A DNA stretch of 64,000 nucleotides from Dehalococcoidia bacterium (GCA_029941115.1 JAPYRK010000004.1:21271-85270); one strand, 5' to 3'. Shown: positions 29,097-39,157, counted from the first letter of the stretch. Translations and numbers: made by a program. Notes: generated by a model not told the origin, from the letters alone.

Positions 29097-30704
29097 CTAA
29101 CCGTCGTATGCTATTTTGCCACCAACAATCGTCATATCGATGGGCAAGTCCCGAAGTTCAGTAACAGGCACATCTTCAATTTTTTCAGATAGAACAGTTA
29201 AATCGGCAAGTTTCCCTTGCTCCAAACTCCCCTTGATATCGTCTTCAAATGAGGCATATGCGCCATTAATCGTGTGCATCCTCAGTGCCGTGGTTAAACT
29301 CACTCGTTCCTCAGGTCCACATATATCACCACTCTCCGTGGCGCGTGTAATCGCTTGCTCAATCCCAAATAGAGGTCGATAGTCCGTTACTGGTGAATCT
29401 GACGAGCCGGCGACTCGCACGCCTCTATCAATAAGTGATTTTGCTGGAAACATTACGTCAGCACGGTCTCTGCCATAATTTTGAATGTAACCATCACCGA
29501 ACTCCCAAAAAAATGCCGGTTGCATCGCCGGGACTACCTTTTGAGAGACGACACGATCCTGTAAATCCGGCGGTGTGATACCGCAGTGATCGATTCTGTG
29601 CCGCAATGCATCCCGAGGATATTCTGACTGTGCCCGTGCCATGGCATCGAGTGTCTGTTGGATTGCTTTGTCACCAACAGCATGCACAGTGCATTGCCAA
29701 CCTGCTCGATGCGCACGTCCGAGCAAGTCATCCAGATCATTCTGGCCCCAGTACGCAATACCAGAATTATCTGAATCAATTGAGTAGGGTGCCCGAGTAG
29801 CTGCCGTCGGGCCTGATGAGGAGCCATCAGTCATAATCTTGAACGCACCAACTCTAATCTGTTGATTACCAAATCCAGTCTTAATGCCAGTTTCCAAAAT
29901 AGGCACATGCGGGTGGTCAAGAGCATTAACCGTGACGAAACTATAAATTCGAACTCGAAGCTCGTCCAGAGCGACAAGATCAAGGGCCTGTTCAAGTGGC
30001 AAACCAGTCATTCCGCCTGCATCGTGGATGCTAGTAAGGCCAGACGCGAGATCGAGTTGATTAGCCGTACGCAAGTGTTCCCTAATCTCCATCTTTGAAG
30101 GTTGAAGCACGTCTCTAAAGGGAACAGTCGCACGTTCATAGGCCACACCGATGATTTCTCCGGCTGAGTTCCTATCAAATCTTCCTCCATCCGGATCCCC
30201 CAGTGTTGTTTCCACCTCAGCTAGTCGCATAGCAGCTGAGTTGAATGATCCGATATGACCACACGTTCGTGTAAACCACACGGGGTGATTTGGTGACACT
30301 CCATCCCAATCCATCGCATTTGGATGACGACTCTCCGCTAACTTTGAATCGTTATAACCACGACCACGGATCCATGTCCCTTCCGGTTGCACGGCTGCTC
30401 TTTTTCGCACTTCTTCCACAAGTGCCGCAATTGAATTCATTCCGGGCGCCTTACAATCGATTGCATCCATAGCCGCGCCAATCCCCGCGAAATGTTGATG
30501 TGCATCAATGAAACCTGGCGTCACGGTCCGGCCAGCCAAGTCAATTACTTTTGTTTCAGATCGTGCTTGTGCTCGGACGTCAGTATTTGACCCAACCAGT
30601 GAGATTCGGTCGCCTTGAATTGCAATTGCTTCGGCGACTGAATTATCTATATCAACGGTACGAATTGATCCATTCACTAAAATAATCGATGGCGTGTCTG
30701 ACAT
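29097..30704 (-). CDS. Amidohydrolase family (Amidohydro_3/YtcJ-like) metal-dependent hydrolase
   Basis: GFIDAHQHF metal-binding HxH near the N-terminus, VHAVGD, GSDSPV near the C-terminus. 535 aa. Confidence 0.85.
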   Translation of the reverse strand: MSDTPSIILVNGSIRTVDIDNSVAEAIAIQGDRISLVGSNTDVRAQARSETKVIDLAGRTVTPGFIDAHQHFAGIGAAMDAIDCKAPGMNSIAALVEEVRKRAAVQPEGTWIRGRGYNDSKLAESRHPNAMDWDGVSPNHPVWFTRTCGHIGSFNSAAMRLAEVETTLGDPDGGRFDRNSAGEIIGVAYERATVPFRDVLQPSKMEIREHLRTANQLDLASGLTSIHDAGGMTGLPLEQALDLVALDELRVRIYSFVTVNALDHPHVPILETGIKTGFGNQQIRVGAFKIMTDGSSSGPTAATRAPYSIDSDNSGIAYWGQNDLDDLLGRAHRAGWQCTVHAVGDKAIQQTLDAMARAQSEYPRDALRHRIDHCGITPPDLQDRVVSQKVVPAMQPAFFWEFGDGYIQNYGRDRADVMFPAKSLIDRGVRVAGSSDSPVTDYRPLFGIEQAITRATESGDICGPEERVSLTTALRMHTINGAYASFEDDIKGSLEQGKLADLTVLSEKIEDVPVTELRDLPIDMTIVGGKIAYDG

Positions 30705-30747
30705 ACTACCCCCAAACCTTACAGTCTTTTAAATTCTAAATTCAAAG

Positions 30748-31818
30748 CTAATGGTCGCTTCCATAGTGCTCTAGCAGGACGTCTCGGCCAAAATCACCCT
30801 CTGGGTTCCGCCAAACCGAGTGGATATGATTAGCATCATTCTGAGTATTATCGTATTCGATTAACAAGTTCGGTCCTTGGATTCGGTAATAATGGCCTTG
30901 GTATCTTTCACTGCTGCCAGCCCAAGAAAAATATGCCTCAGAGAGCAGACCAGTCTCATATTTCTCATATTCAAGTTGTGCTAGGGCGGGAGGAAGTCTC
31001 AAGATATAGTGCTTTACCAATCCTAAGAATTGATCCTTGAGTCGATTATCCATATCACTAATACAAATACCAAGTGGGATTGCACTCCTGTATCGCAAAA
31101 TCTCAGGCTCGTTTTCTCGTACTTCACGCTTGCTGTAACTAGCATCAATCGGTGTTGAAGCATCGGACCATGGAAGAGCGCCATCTTCTACCTGCGGCCG
31201 GTTTGACTGAACAATGTCCGTAGGAGGAATATCGCTGACAACAGCAAGTTTTCTTTGGTTCTCAGACATGGAAAGTACCAATGCACGTCCTAGATCCTCT
31301 TCAGCACCAAGTGGTCGCAATTTATGAGTCGTGGCAGTAGACGCATCTGCTGGGTTCGAACCCAAGAACCCAGGTGTCATCGAAGCCAGTTCCTCGTTCA
31401 ATATTAGATATGACAAGCTGACATGGTGTCCGTCAAACCGCCAGGCCCAATCACCGCTAGGTGCACCGAATATACTTACGTAGTAGAGTCTTGGATCTCT
31501 AACAAATCTTCCCTGCCACCCTTCCAATTGATCAAGTGTTACCTCTAGAGCCATGATATTTGTGGTCGCCACAAAAGCCTCCTCCGATAAACCTGAGGCC
31601 AACAGTCGACGAGCGAGCCTCTCTTGATCTGTGGTCATTTCAGTGAAAGGAAGTCCGCCGCGAACACCCGGCGTGTAAGCCCAGCGTTCGCGTTCATTAT
31701 TTTCGGGAAAGCCAAATTGACACTTCAACAACTGCTCTGTATTGAGGCTGGTCAAAAATTCTTGAGCTGTATTCCCCATCGAATCAGCTAGCGATCCCCT
31801 TATCGAATTAATTGACAT
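30748..31818 (-). CDS. DUF3500-like protein of unknown function
   Basis: C-terminal pattern HYYRIQGPNLLIEYDNTQNDANHIHSVWRNP matches my recollection of the DUF3500 family. No signal peptide evident. Confidence 0.6.
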   Translation of the reverse strand: MSINSIRGSLADSMGNTAQEFLTSLNTEQLLKCQFGFPENNERERWAYTPGVRGGLPFTEMTTDQERLARRLLASGLSEEAFVATTNIMALEVTLDQLEGWQGRFVRDPRLYYVSIFGAPSGDWAWRFDGHHVSLSYLILNEELASMTPGFLGSNPADASTATTHKLRPLGAEEDLGRALVLSMSENQRKLAVVSDIPPTDIVQSNRPQVEDGALPWSDASTPIDASYSKREVRENEPEILRYRSAIPLGICISDMDNRLKDQFLGLVKHYILRLPPALAQLEYEKYETGLLSEAYFSWAGSSERYQGHYYRIQGPNLLIEYDNTQNDANHIHSVWRNPEGDFGRDVLLEHYGSDH

Positions 31819-31874
31819 TATCCCAGAACAGTCCTTATTTACTGGTCCAAATCGGCATTACAGTCGAGTGTCCA

Positions 31875-32828
31875 TCATTTATCTTGATTGGAAATTGAAT
31901 GTAATGCTTTGGTCATTTTCTGTAGTTCCACGCATTCAACTCCTAGCGCTAATCCACGTGCAAGAGCTACCTGAAAGATAGCATCGATTTCCATTTCTCG
32001 TCCTTCAACAAAATCAATCATGGTACTTGGTTTATAATCGATCATCGTATCAGTCATCGTCATCATCTCATCAATGACTCGATTATCAAGTTGAGGTGCT
32101 AGCTCACCCGTCGAGTTTATAAGATCTGCATTTCCGATTTCTATCACCTCCCGCATTATTTTTTCAGCAAGGGATCTTAAGCTAGGATCTAGCATAATTA
32201 CCTCTGTAGTAACTCCGCCAGCCAAGACGCATAGTCCATTAAAAGGTATGTTCCAACAGAGTTTGAGATATCTAGCAGCCAACCGTGAGTCTGCCACGCT
32301 GGTGACTACTTTGACCTTTTCCCAAAGAGATATCGCAATGGCGAGCTCCGATGGATCGTCACCTAGGTGAGTGATTGTCAGTGGTCCATAATCAAGGTGG
32401 TCAATCACAGACGGTTCTGATCTGTTGATGCAAGTAAACGCTAATCCTCCGAAGACTCTTTTGGGGTCCATCCACTTAGCAAATTCTTCCTCAATACCCA
32501 AACCATTGATAATGGCCAACAATCTCGTATCGGCTTCTATCAGCGGTGAAATTAAACGTTCCGCGTCAGGCAGAGCAGTCGCCTTAAGCGCACATAAAAT
32601 CCAATCTGGCTGAAACGTCTGGGCTAATTCAGCGGGGTCTTTCGTAATTCGCGGACTATGAAGCCTGATGTCGCCATCTTTACTATTAACCGTAATCCCA
32701 CGCTCAGCTACGGCTGAGTAATCACTCCTTAAAACAAATGCTACATCGTGCCCTTGTTCCGCAAGTCGCGCACCATAATAAGTTCCAACAGCACCAGCAC
32801 CAACGACTGCTACTTTTGACATAAACAT
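31875..32828 (-). CDS. 2-dehydropantoate 2-reductase family (ApbA/PanE-like) oxidoreductase
   Basis: VAVVGAGAVGTYYGARLAEQGHDV Rossmann N-terminus. ~315 aa, typical KPR-family length. Confidence 0.8.
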   Translation of the reverse strand: MFMSKVAVVGAGAVGTYYGARLAEQGHDVAFVLRSDYSAVAERGITVNSKDGDIRLHSPRITKDPAELAQTFQPDWILCALKATALPDAERLISPLIEADTRLLAIINGLGIEEEFAKWMDPKRVFGGLAFTCINRSEPSVIDHLDYGPLTITHLGDDPSELAIAISLWEKVKVVTSVADSRLAARYLKLCWNIPFNGLCVLAGGVTTEVIMLDPSLRSLAEKIMREVIEIGNADLINSTGELAPQLDNRVIDEMMTMTDTMIDYKPSTMIDFVEGREMEIDAIFQVALARGLALGVECVELQKMTKALHSISNQDK

Positions 32829-32844
32829 TTGCTCTCAAATCGTA

Positions 32845-33537
32845 TCAAGGGTATTTTCCATCAATGCGATCTCCAGGTTGGTAGGTGGAATCGCGATAAA
32901 ATGCGATAGTCTTACGCTCTTTTTCCTCAATAGCGGCAGCGGCGGCGGGAATGTCTCGAGCTACTTTTAACGGGATTTCTATCGCTCCATGCTGATCAGC
33001 AACAAGTAAATCTCCAGGAGAAATTGTCAGTCCGCCGACTTGGACTGGCCCTCCAACTTCGACAAGATGCATATATCCGTGCGAAACAAGTACATGCTTC
33101 GAAAGTGCTAGAAAACCCATCTCCCTCATTTCATCCAAGTCTCGAACACCACCATCAGTAATAACCCCAACTCCACCGAGTGCCGTATGACGAGTCGAGT
33201 TGACCTCCCCCCACCAAGATCCGATCGAGGGCTGATCAAGATCTTGAATTACAACAAATTTGGGTCCAGTCTGGGCGAGCATGGCATCAATCAGTAAATC
33301 TCTATCCACCGTATCTGGGTCATCTTCCGGTCTTATCGACGCTCGCATCTTAGCGGTAACTGCATAGCCTGCCCGAATGCCTAGTTCAGGAAAACGACAC
33401 ACTACATCGGAATCCGTGAACCCAGTGGTTCGTGATCGAATGTCGAGAGTTTCGATGGCATTAGCAATGGCGGGTGTCGGCCACTTGCACAATGCATCCA
33501 AATCACCTTGATCTAATAGTTGGTTATTGAAAGTCAC
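32845..33537 (-). CDS. RraA/HMG-aldolase family protein
   Basis: ITDGGVRDLDEM and GDLLVADQHGAIEIP motifs typical of the RraA/dimethylmenaquinone methyltransferase-like family. GTG start with GGGAGAGGA upstream. Confidence 0.75.
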   Translation of the reverse strand: MTFNNQLLDQGDLDALCKWPTPAIANAIETLDIRSRTTGFTDSDVVCRFPELGIRAGYAVTAKMRASIRPEDDPDTVDRDLLIDAMLAQTGPKFVVIQDLDQPSIGSWWGEVNSTRHTALGGVGVITDGGVRDLDEMREMGFLALSKHVLVSHGYMHLVEVGGPVQVGGLTISPGDLLVADQHGAIEIPLKVARDIPAAAAAIEEKERKTIAFYRDSTYQPGDRIDGKYP

Positions 33538-33595
33538 TAATAATCCTCTCCCAAAGCCTGACTTACTCAGTTGCGAAATTTTAGTCTAGCTGGCA

Positions 33596-34840
33596 TTAGT
33601 TTGAATAAAAAGACTCGAAGACGGCGTCGACCAATGCAATATTCCTAGGATCACGCCAAGATCTACCGCTCTGATTACAACTATAAGCCAGGCTTAACCT
33701 TGCCTCGGGATCAGCAATACCAATATGTCCACCGTTACCGTAATGTCCAAATGTTCCGGGGTTCGGCCCAAGTGGTCGAATATCAGGGATAGCCAGCTGA
33801 AAACCGAGGCCAAACCTAGTTGGTCTCCCGAGGACCAGATCAACGCCATCAGACGCGATCTCACGTGCCTGATCTATTATGTCTGTGCTAAGTAACGAGT
33901 ATTCGTTTGACCCATGACCACCATTTGCCAAAGCCCCAAAAATCAGTGCCACTGACCGAGCATTTGAATGCGGGTTTGTACTAGGAAACTCGGCTGATCG
34001 CCATACTCGAGAGGCCGGAGTGTGAGCCTTATTTGTTTTTGGATTCCCGTACGTTCTGATGCTCATACGTTGAAAATGTGTTGCCTCCTCGTACTTAATC
34101 TTCTTCCAAGGTTGGCGGTCCGGAACGACCTCATCCTTCAGCGGTTTATATGATATCCACTCAGCCGTGCGATCGTCATGCTTTTCATCTAATCCAACAA
34201 AAAACTCAGCCCCTAACGGGTTTGCAATATCCTGGCTAATGACCTCACCAACCCGACGGTTGGTTACCCGCCTAACCAGTTCACCTAAAAGAAATCCAAT
34301 CGTATTGGTGTGATAGCCGTGCCCCGTATCAGGTGTCCACCAAGGAGTCTGTTCCGCTAACGCAGAACACATGGCATCCCAGTCAGTGAGTTGAAGGCTT
34401 TCCGGAAGAATCTTCTCAACAGCCGGTAACCCCGCCCGGTGACCCAAAAGCATTCGAACCGTTACATCTTGCTTGCCCGCCTGACCAAACTCTGGCCAGT
34501 ACGTCGATACTCGGTCATCGAGAGAAATTTGGCCTTGATCCACCATTCGTAAAACTGCAATCGCGGTTACCGCTTTCCCAATCGACCAAACGGGAACCAG
34601 CGTGTCCTCGACCCACGGGATGCTTTCTTTTTCGTTCTGCCAACCGGCCCACAGGTCAACGACCAGTTCTCCGTCTAGGCAGACAGCGACAGACGCGCCA
34701 ATATCACCACGTTCAACAAAATTCTTGACAAATTCTTCCCGAAGTTTCAAAAAACGGTCATCACATATTCCAGCGACAGTCGGTGCGACCTTATGGGCCC
34801 GTGGTGGAGGAAGTGGCGGTAGTTCAAATTTTGATGGCAT
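33596..34840 (-). CDS. Beta-lactamase-fold serine hydrolase (family VIII esterase/EstB-like)
   Basis: SxxK motif SIGK, and Tyr motif region GYHTNT. 414 aa. Confidence 0.8.
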   Translation of the reverse strand: MPSKFELPPLPPPRAHKVAPTVAGICDDRFLKLREEFVKNFVERGDIGASVAVCLDGELVVDLWAGWQNEKESIPWVEDTLVPVWSIGKAVTAIAVLRMVDQGQISLDDRVSTYWPEFGQAGKQDVTVRMLLGHRAGLPAVEKILPESLQLTDWDAMCSALAEQTPWWTPDTGHGYHTNTIGFLLGELVRRVTNRRVGEVISQDIANPLGAEFFVGLDEKHDDRTAEWISYKPLKDEVVPDRQPWKKIKYEEATHFQRMSIRTYGNPKTNKAHTPASRVWRSAEFPSTNPHSNARSVALIFGALANGGHGSNEYSLLSTDIIDQAREIASDGVDLVLGRPTRFGLGFQLAIPDIRPLGPNPGTFGHYGNGGHIGIADPEARLSLAYSCNQSGRSWRDPRNIALVDAVFESFYSN

Positions 34841-34867
34841 AGCATTTCATCCTCACCGATATTGTAG

Positions 34868-34904
34868 GGTTTAATCCAAAATATCAACGTCGTATGATTA
34901 AACC
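34868..34904. repeat. 9-bp inverted repeat GGTTTAATC-N19-GATTAAACC
   Basis: Perfect arms at 34868-34876 and 34896-34904, in the divergent spacer between 34840 (-) and 34933 (+). Confidence 0.4.
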
Positions 34905-34932
34905 AACGCCATTTAAGAAAGAGGAGAGTGCT

Positions 34933-35268
34933 ATGAGCAGCAAACCAATGTCGATACGAGCCTCTCTGGCATGGTCCTTTGTTGCCACATTTATATGGTG
35001 TCTTGTCTCACTAGGTTTCATCAGCACTGACCTCGACCCGTTGGTCCTACAAGCACCCACGCTCTTCGTCATGATGTTTCTTTCGATGAGGCTCGGTGCG
35101 GTTATCTCTTATTGGATAAATAAGAAATGGCCTCAAAACGCAAAAAAACAGCAGGGCGACAAGGAACAACTCGACGAAACTAAGATAGTATCCCACTCCA
35201 GCCGCTCTGAACATGCACGCCGCAGGCGCGAATCTTCACGACCGAAATCAAAAAAGCGTCGACATTAA
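34933..35268 (+). CDS. Small hypothetical membrane protein with highly basic C-terminal tail
   Basis: Start moved to ATG 34933 (GAGGAGAG 4 nt upstream). Two hydrophobic helices, then ...ARRRRESSRPKSKKRRH. No family recognised. Confidence 0.4.
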   Translation: MSSKPMSIRASLAWSFVATFIWCLVSLGFISTDLDPLVLQAPTLFVMMFLSMRLGAVISYWINKKWPQNAKKQQGDKEQLDETKIVSHSSRSEHARRRRESSRPKSKKRRH

Positions 35269-35981
35269 TAAAAAACGAACCCACGTCCAGGTTCAATAAC
35301 ATATGGATGTTCGGCTAAGTCAAGAGACGTGCCGTGCATTTTCCGAACCGACAACAGTCTGTCGCCCTCTCCACTAAGCCCATCTAATTCAAGATTAATT
35401 ATTCCATCTGAAATCTGTTCTTCCACGCCGAGCATTGTGTAACCCACAGCATCATGTTGACGAAACCCTGTGAGAAGAGTCGAACAATAACTCTGATTCG
35501 CAACGTCTAACGTTACTTCTCCGACAAACTTCCGAGCCTGATCTGAATCAATGAGTGGAGAAACCATTCTATCAAGAGTAATTCGCTCAGCACGAATCTC
35601 CTCGATGGCAACCATCATGGAGTCAATCGCCTTCTGCGGGTTCAAGCTTGAGGCATCGCCAATATTTTGTGAGGGCTCGTCCACATCTGACGCTGGAAGC
35701 CGAGCACTGCTTGAATCAAATTGCACGATTGCCGCGTATCCATCGTTCACAGCAGCTCGTAAATCCCATCCCAGAGAGGCTGCGAGTTCATAAAGCGTGC
35801 CTGGGTCTTCAAAAGTACCGATCACACCTGGCTCACCCGCAGCAATACCAGCAAGAATGAACTGAATGCCGAAAATTGTCTTACCTGAACCTGCTTCACC
35901 GGCTACCAAAACAATTGCACCTTGAGGAATTCCTCCCTCAAGTGCTTCATCTAGACCGGTTATACCTGTCGGAGTTCTCAC
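35265..35981 (-). CDS. Single-domain KaiC-like / RecA-superfamily ATPase
   Basis: TGITGLDEALEGGIPQGAIVLVAGEAGSGKT (Walker A) followed by TFED. 238 aa. GTG start. No kaiA/kaiB or other partner adjacent. Confidence 0.7.
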   Translation of the reverse strand: MRTPTGITGLDEALEGGIPQGAIVLVAGEAGSGKTIFGIQFILAGIAAGEPGVIGTFEDPGTLYELAASLGWDLRAAVNDGYAAIVQFDSSSARLPASDVDEPSQNIGDASSLNPQKAIDSMMVAIEEIRAERITLDRMVSPLIDSDQARKFVGEVTLDVANQSYCSTLLTGFRQHDAVGYTMLGVEEQISDGIINLELDGLSGEGDRLLSVRKMHGTSLDLAEHPYVIEPGRGFVFY

Positions 35982-36069
35982 ACTAGCCTCGCTGTCGTAT
36001 GTGCGCTATTGCTAGGCTGCACCTAAGGAATATACGCTGGATTTCCGCAAGTGTCGCTCCACTACTAAT

Positions 36070-37056
36070 TTATTCGTTCACCAAAATAATTTTACCGAAG
36101 TTAGTATTTGATTCCATATAGCTGTGAGCCGCCGCTACCTCCTCAAGAGGAAAGACGTGATCAACAATCGAGCTTAAAACGCCCCGATCAAATAAAGGGA
36201 GCACTCGTTTTGCAAAGTCTTGCACCACAGTGGCCTTTTCTTCAAATGTCCGGCTTCTCAACCGAGTGCCTCTCACCGTCGCGCGCTTATTCCCCAGAAC
36301 GCCAAGTTTCGCGTTATCAAGAGTGCTTCCACCCATCGAGCCAACAACTACCATCCGGCCAAGTGTCGCCAATGACCGTAAATTATCATCCCAGTAAGGT
36401 GCCCCAATGACGTCTAGTATCACATCAACACCAATACCATTAGTTTTCTCAAGAATCACATCTGCGAAATTTTCGGTCCGATAATTAACACCAAATGAAA
36501 GGCCGAGTTCTGACGCCGCCGTCAATTTCTCGTCGCTACCGGCTGTTCCAAACGTGAGACAAGATTGCGCAGCTGCAAGTTGAATTGCGGCTGTACCAAC
36601 CCCAGACCCAGCAGCATGAATCAGTACCGATTCACCCATCACTAGGTCACACTGTAAATGCATCGCATCGTACGCAGTTAAATACACTTCAGGTATCCCA
36701 GCAGCTTGTTCAAATGATAATGTTTTCGGCATTGGCATCAGCATGCGTTCGTGAACCACTACGTGAGTCGCGTACCCCATTCCACCCAGCAGCGCAATCA
36801 CACGATCTCCGCCGGACCACTCTGTCACCCGCTCGCCGATCTCAGTTATCACACCAGACATTTCAAGTCCCGGTATATCGTCTCTAATTCCAGGCGGTGC
36901 AGGATAATTGCCATGACGTTGGGCAAGATCTGCTCTATTGAGGGCTGTAGCTCTAATTTCAACAACTACCTCGTCCGATCCGGGTATGAGTTCAGGAAGT
37001 TCTTGAATTTCAAATACCTCGGGGCCGCCTGGCTCCGTTATTACTGCAGCTCGCAT
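36070..37056 (-). CDS. NADPH:quinone oxidoreductase / zeta-crystallin-like MDR
   Basis: MRAAVITEPGGPEVFEIQE N-terminus, and AAGSGVGTAAIQLA cofactor motif. 328 aa. Confidence 0.85.
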   Translation of the reverse strand: MRAAVITEPGGPEVFEIQELPELIPGSDEVVVEIRATALNRADLAQRHGNYPAPPGIRDDIPGLEMSGVITEIGERVTEWSGGDRVIALLGGMGYATHVVVHERMLMPMPKTLSFEQAAGIPEVYLTAYDAMHLQCDLVMGESVLIHAAGSGVGTAAIQLAAAQSCLTFGTAGSDEKLTAASELGLSFGVNYRTENFADVILEKTNGIGVDVILDVIGAPYWDDNLRSLATLGRMVVVGSMGGSTLDNAKLGVLGNKRATVRGTRLRSRTFEEKATVVQDFAKRVLPLFDRGVLSSIVDHVFPLEEVAAAHSYMESNTNFGKIILVNE

Positions 37057-37094
37057 ATAACCTCCATAAATAAACGCTTAGTCAGCTTCGATAT

Positions 37095-37113
37095 TAGACC
37101 ATTGCAGGGTCTA
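37095..37113. repeat. Inverted repeat TAGACC-N7-GGTCTA
   Basis: In the 87-bp divergent spacer between the quinone oxidoreductase (-) and the PrpD-family gene (+). Overlaps a TATACT -10-like hexamer (37112-37117). Confidence 0.3.
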
Positions 37114-37143
37114 TACTCTTCTGGTTAGAGAAAAAATTATCAT

Positions 37144-38538
37144 ATGACAAAAAGTGACAGAGAACTAAGTTCTTTAAAGTTAGCTCAATTCCTAACTGAA
37201 GTCACCGTGCCCGCTCAGGTGCGTGATGTCACAAGGCGATACTTACTTGACTGGATCGGCTCAGCAGTCGCGGGCGGTTCAAGTGAGCCTGCCACGATGG
37301 CACGTCGTACAGCCGCGATTCTAGGTGGGCACCCAGCGTCAACAATTCTTGCTGATGGATCAAAAACATCGGCAGCACTTGCGGCTTTTTGTAATGCAGC
37401 TGCCGCTCATGTGGTAGAAATGGATGACTTAGATAGAACGTCAATCACACATCCAGCAGCGCCGATCGTTGCTGTAGCTCTAGCCTTGGGAGAGCAGTAT
37501 GAAGCAAGTGGTGACGAAATACTAGATGCAATTGCGATTGGCTACGAAGTCTGTATCCGTGTTGGTGAAGCGCTCGGACCAGCGCACTACGAATACTGGC
37601 ATACGACGGGAACGGCAGGCACGAGTGGTGCTGCAGCAGCAGCAGCAAGAATCCTAAAACTTCCGGCCGAAACCGCACTCCATACTCTCGGATCGGCAGG
37701 TACTATGGCCGCCGGATTATGGGAATTCTTGTCAGATGGCGCAATGTCAAAGCAACTTCACCCAGCTAAGGCCGCGCATGACGGTGTACTGGCTGCCCTG
37801 CTCTCACGTGAAGGATTTACGGCAGCATCTAAAATATTTGAAGGTGAAAAGGGACTCCTAAATGCCATGTCTTCATCACCGCGTGTTGATTTACTGACTA
37901 AGGATCTCACGCAACTCTCAAAAGAAAGTTCAATCTGGAAGATCAACTTTGTGTCTTTCAAAGTACATTCCTCTTGCAGACACACCCATGCTGCGGTAGA
38001 TGGAGCCATTAGTTTAGCGAGTGACAACAACATTGATATCAACGACGTGAAATCAGTAGAAGTCGAAATATATAGCCAAGCGCTTGGTCTACTTGAAGGA
38101 GTAGAACCTATTTCACCATGGGCGGCAAAGTTCTCACTTCCATTCTGTGTCGCAACTGCGCTAAGGTATAAAGATTGCTCACCCTCACGGTTTACTGACA
38201 CGACAATTAACGATCCTTACACTCTTGCACTGGCCCAAAAAATTAACTTTAGAACAAGCGCTCGTTTAGATAAAATGTATCCAGAGGCTTGGCCATCGGT
38301 CGTAAAAATTTCACTCAGAAATGGCGTCCTCCTGCAAACACAAGTAGATTTTCCTGCGGGAGATCCAGAGACTGAGATAAGTTCAAATCAACTCTCGGAC
38401 AAGTTTCGCCTACTCACTCAAGACGTCTTGGGAGAAAGAACAGATCGACTTATCGAAAGCATATTCGATGAAACTAAAATTCCAGGAGCCAGAAAGCTAG
38501 CAATGCTCGTGGCTTCGAATTCGGCAACTGGTAAATAG
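37144..38538 (+). CDS. MmgE/PrpD family protein (2-methylcitrate dehydratase-like)
   Basis: 464 aa. Family-typical pattern (..DWIGSAVAG.., AAHVVEMDD, HPAAPIV, WHTTGTAG). Confidence 0.85.
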   Translation: MTKSDRELSSLKLAQFLTEVTVPAQVRDVTRRYLLDWIGSAVAGGSSEPATMARRTAAILGGHPASTILADGSKTSAALAAFCNAAAAHVVEMDDLDRTSITHPAAPIVAVALALGEQYEASGDEILDAIAIGYEVCIRVGEALGPAHYEYWHTTGTAGTSGAAAAAARILKLPAETALHTLGSAGTMAAGLWEFLSDGAMSKQLHPAKAAHDGVLAALLSREGFTAASKIFEGEKGLLNAMSSSPRVDLLTKDLTQLSKESSIWKINFVSFKVHSSCRHTHAAVDGAISLASDNNIDINDVKSVEVEIYSQALGLLEGVEPISPWAAKFSLPFCVATALRYKDCSPSRFTDTTINDPYTLALAQKINFRTSARLDKMYPEAWPSVVKISLRNGVLLQTQVDFPAGDPETEISSNQLSDKFRLLTQDVLGERTDRLIESIFDETKIPGARKLAMLVASNSATGK

Positions 38539-38550
38539 TCGGCGGTTAAT

Positions 38551-39147
38551 TTGTTGCAATCGGAAGAAACAAAAGACCAAAAGGCCGCCAGTAAACCAGT
38601 TCTAACCTTCGATCTGGATGGCGTCTTATGTGCGCCCATTTTGGGCCTGAATATAGGAATAAATAGAAATTTTCTGGCGCCTGAGGTTGTTTCGCTCACC
38701 GCAAAAATCCCACCTGACTGGTGGAGGATTATTTGGGACAAAATTAGATTTGATAGTCGACGACCTATGAGTGATGCCGCTGAATACCTCGATCAGTTAC
38801 AAAGTCACTATGCGCTCATCCTAGTAACCGGCCGACGCACATCTCCAAATAACTGGTTGAAAGGAAACGGATTATTCTGTTACTTTTCCGAGGTTATTTG
38901 GAATACCAGTGAGCTCCAAAGCGCGCATTACAAATTAAACACACTGAACACACTCCACCCTGTTGCTCATTTTGAGGATGATCCTCGCACCGCGGAACTA
39001 CTTGCGCAATCTGGACTCACTGTCTTTCTTCGAGATTGGCCCAAAAATCGAAATCTCCACTTTAATAATCAAGTAATTCGAATTTCCAGCCTTAGAGACG
39101 CGTCAGAGTCACTTAGTAAGCTTAATCAAAAACAGCTAGGAGACTGA
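38551..39147 (+). CDS. HAD-superfamily hydrolase-like protein
   Basis: HAD motif I LTFDLDGVL, and motif II-like ILVTGRR. TTG start uncertain. Confidence 0.45.
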   Translation: MLQSEETKDQKAASKPVLTFDLDGVLCAPILGLNIGINRNFLAPEVVSLTAKIPPDWWRIIWDKIRFDSRRPMSDAAEYLDQLQSHYALILVTGRRTSPNNWLKGNGLFCYFSEVIWNTSELQSAHYKLNTLNTLHPVAHFEDDPRTAELLAQSGLTVFLRDWPKNRNLHFNNQVIRISSLRDASESLSKLNQKQLGD

Positions 39148-39157
39148 ATACAATCGA

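Noticed and set aside
37633-37647. (GCA)5 trinucleotide run
   Set aside because: It is in frame inside the PrpD-family gene and simply encodes an Ala run (GAAAAAARIL). It is too short to be a meaningful microsatellite.
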